Under the pieces are notes generated by a model that searched no databases, had not been told where the DNA came from, and saw only the letters and a program-made list of their open reading frames with translations. Positions 30,143 to 36,091 of a stretch of 36,091 nucleotides of DNA are shown here, one piece after another (the first letter of the stretch is position 1; each line of letters opens with the position of its first letter). The stretch is from an uncultured bacterium (lineage in GTDB: Bacteria > Lernaellota > Lernaellaia > Lernaellales > Lernaellaceae). The translations under genes were made by a program, and so were the position numbers. The stretch lies in NCBI GenBank assembly GCA_964534375.1, contig CAZHPN010000045.1:1-36091 (forward strand), in the 5' to 3' direction.

Positions 30143-32185
30143 TTGGTGAGCATCGCGTTCGACGAACAAGGTTTGTCGCTGGACGGCCAGGCCGTGCCCT
30201 GGCTTTCGGGCGAAATCCATTACTGGCGCCACTCGCCGAAAGATTGGCCCGCGCTGCTCGAACGCATCCAGGCGCTGGGCCTGCGGATGATTTGCACGTA
30301 TATCCCGTGGGGCGTGCACGAAGGCGCGCCGGGGACGTACGACTTCGGCAACCTCGACCCGGCGAAAGCGCTCGGGCGTTTTCTCGATCTGGCGGGCCAA
30401 TACGGCTTCCACGTGCTCGTTCGGCCGGGGCCGCACATCAATTCCGAGCTGACCTACTTCGGCTATCCGCAACGGCTGTTCGACAACCCGGCGATGCTGG
30501 CGCGCAACGCCCGCGGCGGCTTCGTGCTGCTGCCCGTGTTCCCGCGCGTGTTTCCGGTCATTTCCTACGCGTCGGAGCCGTTCTGGCAGGAGGTCGCGGG
30601 CTGGTTCGACGCGCTGGCGCCGATCCTCAAGCCGCGCCTGCACCCGGCCGGACCGATCGTCGGCGTGCAACTCGACAACGAATTATCCTATTTCTTCCGC
30701 ACCTCGGCCTACGACCAGGATTATCACCCGGACGCCCGCGCAAAATGGCTCAACTTCCTTCGCGCCAAATACGGCGACCTGACCGGGGCCTCGTTGGCGC
30801 ACGGCGGCCCGGCGCCCGGCGACCGCCCGCTGCCCGACGAATTCCTGGCGCGGACGCCCGCCGAAACGCCGTTTTATCTCGATTGGCTCGAATTCAAGGA
30901 GCGGCTGCTCGGCGATTCGTTGGCGCGTTTGCGCCGGATGTGGGAGGAGCGCGGCGTGGCGGACGCCGTGTTCTTCCACAACTTCCCGGCGACCGAGGTC
31001 CGCACGCCGCTGAACCTGCCGCTGGCCGAACAACACACGCACTTTTGCGGCGTCGATTTCTACATGCGCAAAACGGAATTCGCGTCGCTCAAGCGGCGGC
31101 TGCTGTTCCTGACCGCGCAGTCGCGTTTTCCGGTCAGCCCGGAGTTCGGCAGCGGCGTCTGGCACACGTGGCCGCCGATCGACCTGGCCGATCAGGAATT
31201 CACGACGCGCGTCGCCTGGATGTACGGGCTGCGCGGCGTCAATTTCTACATGATCGTCGATCGCGACCGCTGGTACGGCGCGCCGATCACGCGCACGGGC
31301 GGGGTCCGGCGCGAGGCGTGGAATTTTTACGAAAAGCACATCGCGTTGCTGCGGCGGCTCCAGCCGTGGCGGCTGCGCCGGCGCGCGCCGATTTGCCTGT
31401 TGTCGCCGCGCGACTACGAACGGCTGGAGGCGGCGGCGAACGTCACGGCGCCGCTTTCGCCGCTGCTGCTCGAGAACTTTGCGTTGCCCGAAGACCTTTG
31501 CCTCGAGACGAACATCGGTTTCGCCAAGCCGATCCAGCGCCTCTACGCGAAGATCCTGCGCGGTTGGGAGAGCGCGTTGACGAAAATGGGCGTGCCGTAC
31601 GCGATCGGCTCGACCGACCTGGATGAAGCCGCGCTCGCCTGCTACGAGGCGGTCGTCTGCCCGACCTTCGAGTTTCTCGGCCGGCGCGCGCAGGAGACGC
31701 TGGCGAATTACGCGGCCGGCGGCGGCTGCCTGATCTGCGGTCCGGAGGCGCCGGCGCTCGACGAGGCGATGCGCGAATTTTCCGGCCTCGACCACTACAC
31801 GGGCCGGCCGATCGAACGGCTCGACGGCGCGGTCGATATCGTGCTCTGCGAGGCCGGCCGCGGCAAACTCGTGCTCGTCGCCGAGGCGCCGGCGACGCCC
31901 GAAGCGGCGGCGCCCATCGTCGAAACCGTCTGCCGCCGGCTCGCGCTCGCCCCGATCTACCCGGCCTCGCCGCCGTGCGAGACGAGCCTGCTGGAAGACC
32001 GCGCCGCAGGCCGCCGCGTGCTCTTTGTCGCCAACCCCACCGCGGCGCCGCAACGGCCGCGGATCGCGACGCCGACCCCCGCCGAATATTTCGTCGACCT
32101 CGAAACCGGCGACCGTTTTTTCGGCGACGGCGCGATCCAGGTCGACATGGCGCCGTACCGCGTCCGCATCCTCGACGTGTTGTAA
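30143..32185 (+). CDS. Beta-galactosidase-like glycoside hydrolase (GH35-like N-terminus, GH42-like trimerisation domain)
   Basis: SGEIHYWR, TYIPWGVHE, GTYDF, RPGPHINSE, acid/base QLDNE, nucleophile region SPEFGSG, GVNFYM; no signal peptide. Confidence 0.82.
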   Translation: MVSIAFDEQGLSLDGQAVPWLSGEIHYWRHSPKDWPALLERIQALGLRMICTYIPWGVHEGAPGTYDFGNLDPAKALGRFLDLAGQYGFHVLVRPGPHINSELTYFGYPQRLFDNPAMLARNARGGFVLLPVFPRVFPVISYASEPFWQEVAGWFDALAPILKPRLHPAGPIVGVQLDNELSYFFRTSAYDQDYHPDARAKWLNFLRAKYGDLTGASLAHGGPAPGDRPLPDEFLARTPAETPFYLDWLEFKERLLGDSLARLRRMWEERGVADAVFFHNFPATEVRTPLNLPLAEQHTHFCGVDFYMRKTEFASLKRRLLFLTAQSRFPVSPEFGSGVWHTWPPIDLADQEFTTRVAWMYGLRGVNFYMIVDRDRWYGAPITRTGGVRREAWNFYEKHIALLRRLQPWRLRRRAPICLLSPRDYERLEAAANVTAPLSPLLLENFALPEDLCLETNIGFAKPIQRLYAKILRGWESALTKMGVPYAIGSTDLDEAALACYEAVVCPTFEFLGRRAQETLANYAAGGGCLICGPEAPALDEAMREFSGLDHYTGRPIERLDGAVDIVLCEAGRGKLVLVAEAPATPEAAAPIVETVCRRLALAPIYPASPPCETSLLEDRAAGRRVLFVANPTAAPQRPRIATPTPAEYFVDLETGDRFFGDGAIQVDMAPYRVRILDVL

Positions 32186-32212
32186 ATGCGTGCGATCGAC
32201 CGACGAGCGTCG

Positions 32213-32240
32213 TTGACAATCACGACCCAAGTGCGATGAT
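32213..32240 (+). promoter_or_regulatory. Putative promoter of the PspA-like/flotillin operon
   Basis: TTGACA (32213-32218), 16-nt spacer, TG-c-GATGAT (32232-32240). Confidence 0.45.
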
Positions 32241-32342
32241 GTCCGCACAAAACGCCGGCGACAGGTCAGCCGGCATCCACAACGCAGCAGAAGTTAAAGA
32301 CAAGAGAGCGCAGGAGCTTCGCCAAGCAAGGGGAGAAAGCCC

Positions 32343-33053
32343 GTGGCCTCCAAGAAAAGCCGGCTCATTTCGTGGCTCGGCGCCTTTTGGGAGCGGCTCA
32401 GAAATTTTGTCACGGACGGCGACACCGAGGCCGAGAAACAAGGCGCGGCCGACTACGATCTGGACGACATAACGAAGGGACTCGATGCCCTGGCGGAAAC
32501 GACCGCCTATGCCATGGCCCTGGCCGAGGAAAAACAAGACGAGTTGCGCGAGGCGATCAAAGAGCACGACGCGTTCGACGCAGAGATTCGCGAATTCTTG
32601 AAGCAGAACCAGAGAGCGGAAGCGGAGAAAAAGGCGCCGCTTCGTCTCGGCTGCCAAAAAAAAGTCGCGGCGTTGGAAGCGGACTATCGCTTGCTGGCGG
32701 AGCAGGCGGCGAAATTGCTCGCTTCGTATCGGGAGAAAAAATCCGCCGCCACCCAAATCGCGCAGGCCGCGGATGAGTTGGTCCGGCGGCACGTCATGGC
32801 GACGATTTCCGCAGCCGATCGGAGTCTGACGGCGGCCGATCTGGAGCAGATTCGCGATCGTCTGCGTTTCGAAGCGTTGAAGCTGGAGTATCTGGCCGAG
32901 TTGGAAGCCGCCGATCGCGGCGACAGCGTTGTCGAGGCGACAGCGAGGGACGACGCCGCAATTACGGATCCGCACGATCCGATTGCGACCGCTCGACGAC
33001 TTGCGTCGGCGCCGTCGGTCAAGCGCGGCGCTGGAAACATCAGAGAGGAATGA
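32343..33053 (+). CDS. Coiled-coil protein, divergent PspA/IM30 (ESCRT-III-like) candidate
   Basis: GTG after AGGGGAG; N-terminal amphipathic helix (RLISWLGAFWERLRNF); long helical hairpin, ~235 aa; upstream of YqiJ-like and flotillin genes. Confidence 0.6.
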   Translation: MASKKSRLISWLGAFWERLRNFVTDGDTEAEKQGAADYDLDDITKGLDALAETTAYAMALAEEKQDELREAIKEHDAFDAEIREFLKQNQRAEAEKKAPLRLGCQKKVAALEADYRLLAEQAAKLLASYREKKSAATQIAQAADELVRRHVMATISAADRSLTAADLEQIRDRLRFEALKLEYLAELEAADRGDSVVEATARDDAAITDPHDPIATARRLASAPSVKRGAGNIREE

Positions 33054-33850
33054 ACAGGAGGCAGGACGGCATGGGCTTCAAGGAGTTGTTTTTCGAGTGG
33101 CAGAACTTGATATTTGTTCTGCCGTTCATCGGCGCGCTTTTCTACCTGATGCTGCAGGCCGCGGGCGCATTCGGCGGGCACGACGTGGGCGCGGCGGACG
33201 CCGGCGTCGATCACGACATCGACGCCGATCACGACCTGTCGATCGACCACGGCGTCGGCGGCGAACAGGATGTCGGCGACGCCGGCGGCGACGCCGATCA
33301 CGATGTGGGCGAAGCGAGCAGCGACGCCGCTCACGACGCCGGCGTCGACGGCGGGCACGCCGAGGCCGCGTTCAGCGTGTTGAATTTATTGGGCGTCGGC
33401 AAAGTGCCGTTGTCGATCATTGTGATGACGCTCTTCTTCATTTGGGGATTCACCGGCTGGGCCGGCAACCTGATCTTCGGCAAACTTTTGCGGTTTCCGA
33501 TCGCCTATGTCTGGCCGTCGTTGGCGCTGGCCGCCGTTTGCTCGGTGTTCTTGACCCGGGCGATCGCCGGCCTCATTTCCCGCGTGCTGCCGTCGACCGA
33601 AACCTACCTGACCGGCCCGAAGGACTTCATCGGCAAGACGTGCAAGTCGCGCTACGCCATCAAAGAGGGAAGCGGCGCTTGCGTCTTATATGACAAATAC
33701 AACCAATTTCAGGAAATTCAGTGCCGAGTGAAAAGCGGCGCGCCGGAAATTCCTCCGGACGCCGACGCGATTATCGTCGGATACCGGGCGGCGGGCAAGT
33801 ATTACCTCGTCCGTCCAAACCCACTCACCACCCCGAGCAGAGGAGAGTAA
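33050..33850 (+). CDS. YqiJ/NfeD-like membrane protein with Asp/His-rich loop and C-terminal OB fold
   Basis: TM1, then DHDIDADHD...DADHD...HDAGVDGGH, LNLLGVGKVPLSI, two more TMs, FIGKTCK...YYLVRP; alternative ATG at 33071. Confidence 0.82.
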   Translation: MNRRQDGMGFKELFFEWQNLIFVLPFIGALFYLMLQAAGAFGGHDVGAADAGVDHDIDADHDLSIDHGVGGEQDVGDAGGDADHDVGEASSDAAHDAGVDGGHAEAAFSVLNLLGVGKVPLSIIVMTLFFIWGFTGWAGNLIFGKLLRFPIAYVWPSLALAAVCSVFLTRAIAGLISRVLPSTETYLTGPKDFIGKTCKSRYAIKEGSGACVLYDKYNQFQEIQCRVKSGAPEIPPDADAIIVGYRAAGKYYLVRPNPLTTPSRGE

Positions 33851-33853
33851 GAA

Positions 33854-35911
33854 ATGGCCACAACTCATCACGAAGACGACAAGCCGGAACGCAGTTATGG
33901 CGATGCGCCGACCCCCAGTTCCGGCGCGGGCATGGGCATAGCCGCGATTGTTTTTGCCTTGATGTTCATCGTCGGCCCGCTGGCCGCCCTTTCCATTGGC
34001 GTCGCGATTCCGACGCTGGCCACGATCATCCTCGTCGGCTTCGGCGTCCTGTTATTGCTCATTGGGATGATCGTGGTGGTCATCACCAAATTGTACGTGA
34101 AGACCGGCGCCGACGAGGCGATCGTCCGCACCGGCATGGGCGGCCAGAAGACGATCATCAACGGCGGCATCATGTTCATTCCCGTCGTGCACAAGATCAT
34201 CAAGGTCTCGTTGCGCACGATGCGCATCGACGTCGCCCGCACCGGCAAAGACGCGCTGATCACCGGCGACAACCTGCGCGCCGACGTCGTCGCCGAATTC
34301 TTCATGCGGGTCGCCAAGGACAAAGACGCGGTGGTGTCCGCCGCGACCTCGCTCGGCGAGCGGTCGACCCATCCGGACAACATCCGGACTTTGCTCGAAC
34401 AAAAATTGGTCAACGCCCTGCGCACGGTCGCCGCGACGCAGAACCTGGAAGACCTGAATCGCAATCGCAGCAGCTTTGTCGAAGAGATCCAGAAAAATGT
34501 GACGACCGACCTGGCGCACAACGGTCTGACCCTGGAATCGGTGACGATCTCGTCGCTCGACCAGACCGAAACGAAGGACCTGCGCGACAACAACATCTTC
34601 GACGCCAAGGGCTTGCGCACCATCGCGGAGATCACGAACAAACAGTTGGTCGAAAAGAACCAGATCGAGGCCGACGCCAAAAAGCGGATCGCCTCGCAAA
34701 ATCTCGAACGCGATCGATTTTTGCTGGATCAGGCGCAGTCGCTAGCCACCGCCAAGGCCGCGCAGGAAACGGAAATCGCCAAAGCCCAGGCGCAGCGGAA
34801 GCAGGAGGCCGAGTCGTACACCGCCGATCAGACGCGGCAGGCCGAAACCGCCAAGGTCGTTTCCGCGCAAGCCATCCGCAAGGCCGAGATCGAACGCGAG
34901 CAGGCGTTGGCGGTGGCCGCGGCGGCGAAAGTGCGGGCCGAGACCGTCGCGCAGGTCGAAGCGCAACAGGCGCAGCAGATCGCGGCGGTCAAGAAGGAGC
35001 GGGAGGTCCAACTGGCCGAGCGCGAGAAGGGCGTTGCCGTCGCCGCCGCCGAGCAGAAGCGCCTGGTGGCGGACGTCGAGGCGAAACAGGCGCAGTTGGT
35101 GGCGCAGGTCAATTCCGAGCAGGCGCAGCAGGTCGCGGATCGCCGCAAGCAGATCGCCGTGGCCCAGGCCGAGAAGGAACGCGCGGTGGCCGAGGCCCTG
35201 AAACTGGCCGCCGAAGCCGAAGCGGAAACGAATCGGCAGGCGGTCGCCACCGTCGAGACCGTCAAGACGGCCGAACGCGAGAAGGAAAAGAAGGTCATTG
35301 AGCAGCAGGCCGCCGCCGCGCAAAAACAGATCGAAATGCAGGTCAAAGCCGACGCCGAGGCCTACGCCCGCATCAAGACGGCCGAGGGCCAGAAGTCCGC
35401 CGCTGCGGCCGAGGCGCAGGCGATCACGACCAAAGCCAACGCCGAACGCGACGCCGCCAAAGCCCACGCGGAAGGCGCCAGAGCCGAGCAAATGGTGGCG
35501 GTCGACGTCGCCAACGCGGAAGTCACCGTCGCCGCCGCCCGCGTCGAGGTCAAGCGCACGGACATGCGCATCCAAACCGAAAACGCCGACGCGGCCATCA
35601 GCAAGGAGCTGCTGCTCGCGCAAATCGCCGCGGCGCGCGACATCGAAATCGCGAAAGCCAACGCGATGGGGCAGGCGTTGGCCAAGGCCAACATCCAGGT
35701 CTGGGGCGACCCGTCGGCCGTTTCCAAGATGACCGAAGGTTTCTTCGCCGGCCAGGGCTTTGCGCAAAACATCGGCGGCTTTATGAACGCGCTGCCCGAC
35801 GGACTGAAATCGAAACTTGCGGACCTCGGCCAGGTCGTCATGGACCGGGTCGCGTCCGACAATTCACACGGGGCTGCGGCCGAACCCGCGGCTGAACCGG
35901 AAGCCGAGTAA
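33854..35911 (+). CDS. Flotillin/SPFH-family protein (YqiK-like)
   Basis: N-terminal TMs, AIVRTGMGGQK, IPVVHK, LITGDNLRADVVAEFFMRV, ALRTVAA, NGLTLESVTISSLDQT, NNIFDAKG; long Ala/Glu coiled-coil flotillin repeats. Confidence 0.92.
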   Translation: MATTHHEDDKPERSYGDAPTPSSGAGMGIAAIVFALMFIVGPLAALSIGVAIPTLATIILVGFGVLLLLIGMIVVVITKLYVKTGADEAIVRTGMGGQKTIINGGIMFIPVVHKIIKVSLRTMRIDVARTGKDALITGDNLRADVVAEFFMRVAKDKDAVVSAATSLGERSTHPDNIRTLLEQKLVNALRTVAATQNLEDLNRNRSSFVEEIQKNVTTDLAHNGLTLESVTISSLDQTETKDLRDNNIFDAKGLRTIAEITNKQLVEKNQIEADAKKRIASQNLERDRFLLDQAQSLATAKAAQETEIAKAQAQRKQEAESYTADQTRQAETAKVVSAQAIRKAEIEREQALAVAAAAKVRAETVAQVEAQQAQQIAAVKKEREVQLAEREKGVAVAAAEQKRLVADVEAKQAQLVAQVNSEQAQQVADRRKQIAVAQAEKERAVAEALKLAAEAEAETNRQAVATVETVKTAEREKEKKVIEQQAAAAQKQIEMQVKADAEAYARIKTAEGQKSAAAAEAQAITTKANAERDAAKAHAEGARAEQMVAVDVANAEVTVAAARVEVKRTDMRIQTENADAAISKELLLAQIAAARDIEIAKANAMGQALAKANIQVWGDPSAVSKMTEGFFAGQGFAQNIGGFMNALPDGLKSKLADLGQVVMDRVASDNSHGAAAEPAAEPEAE

Positions 35912-35932
35912 GTTTACCAGTCACGTAATCGA

Positions 35933-35967
35933 AGAGCCCGGCGCCGCAGGGCGCCGGGCTCTCTTGT
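35933..35967 (+). terminator. Hairpin/terminator after flotillin
   Basis: Perfect 13-bp stem agagcccggcgcc-gcag-ggcgccgggctct followed by cttgt (weak U-tract). Confidence 0.65.
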
Positions 35968-36091
35968 GTCCGACTGGTATGGGGGGGGGCAAGCGCTCCA
36001 CCGGCCCCGCAAGGGGTCGCCGCAAGGAATTACCTTGCTAGCCCAACTTCGCCAGTTAGGAAAAAAATGAGGGCTGATTTCGCCTGCGGCG

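Noticed and set aside
36040..36058. ZTP riboswitch (ACTGGCGAA on the minus strand)
   Set aside because: The remaining conserved elements (GTGG...CCAC..GGGAG and CGCCTGGG) are absent

Overview
GC-rich bacterial chromosomal window. The gene content and a poly-Asp/Asn lipoprotein linker suggest a deltaproteobacterium-like lineage (inference only). Left to right: a 7-repeat beta-propeller lipoprotein, a beta-lactamase-family serine hydrolase, tRNA-Leu(CAG) and lon. A long minus-strand run follows: grpE-dnaK-dnaJ-(TPR/LpoA-like lipoprotein)-dinG-carboxylesterase-thiL-larB-larC. A plus-strand run then gives a lysC-lysA fusion, two class-III aminotransferases, a Zn-dehydrogenase, a PP-loop sulfurtransferase, an SGNH hydrolase, a beta-galactosidase-like protein, and a PspA-like/YqiJ-like/flotillin operon. 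No integrase, transposase, phage genes or CRISPR array were seen. Two things stand out. (1) Seven gene junctions, plus one site upstream of the tRNA, carry short tandem arrays of 7-mers or 8/9-mers from several unrelated families, often as long inverted repeats. Their polarity is consistent: the purine-rich arm sits at or just after a stop codon and the pyrimidine-rich arm precedes the next start. (2) The two overlapping aminotransferase genes show reciprocal active-site loss. One keeps the PLP lysine but lacks the trans-acting Thr; the other has Lys->Glu but keeps STFGG. This suggests an obligate heterodimer with one active site.
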